64,000 nucleotides of DNA from Octopus vulgaris (taxonomy: Eukaryota): NCBI GenBank assembly GCA_951406725.2, contig OX597818.1, positions 42,904,001 through 42,968,000 of the forward strand, read 5' to 3'. Shown here one piece after another: positions 63,978 through 64,000 of this stretch. Every line of letters begins with the position of its first letter. The first letter of the stretch is position 1. The notes beneath the pieces are model-generated. The model was not told the origin of the DNA. It did not search any database and saw only the letters and a list, made by a program, of their open reading frames with translations. The position numbers and the translations under genes are program-made.

Positions 63978-64000
63978 TTGGCTACTATACAACTTCCACC

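Overview
AT-rich eukaryotic non-coding DNA (intronic or intergenic), not prokaryotic. No intact protein-coding gene is recognisable; almost all track ORFs are read-throughs of SINEs, LINE relics or microsatellites. The repeat vocabulary suggests an Octopus (coleoid cephalopod) genome, inferred from recalled octopus repeat families. The window contains several modular tRNA-derived SINE families, decayed RTE, CR1/L2-like and L1/Tx1 LINE fragments, hAT, piggyBac and mariner-derived non-autonomous DNA transposons, a Helentron-type (HINE-like) element and many microsatellites. The most notable signals are a minimal hammerhead-ribozyme core in a Penelope-like inverted repeat (26428-26473, minus strand), a perfect 88-bp-arm palindrome (44722-44899), and a recurring pattern of local fold-back or templated inverted duplications. 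Two weak phase-1 exon candidates lie on the + strand. All family assignments come from motif recognition, not database searches, and boundaries of diverged repeats are approximate.
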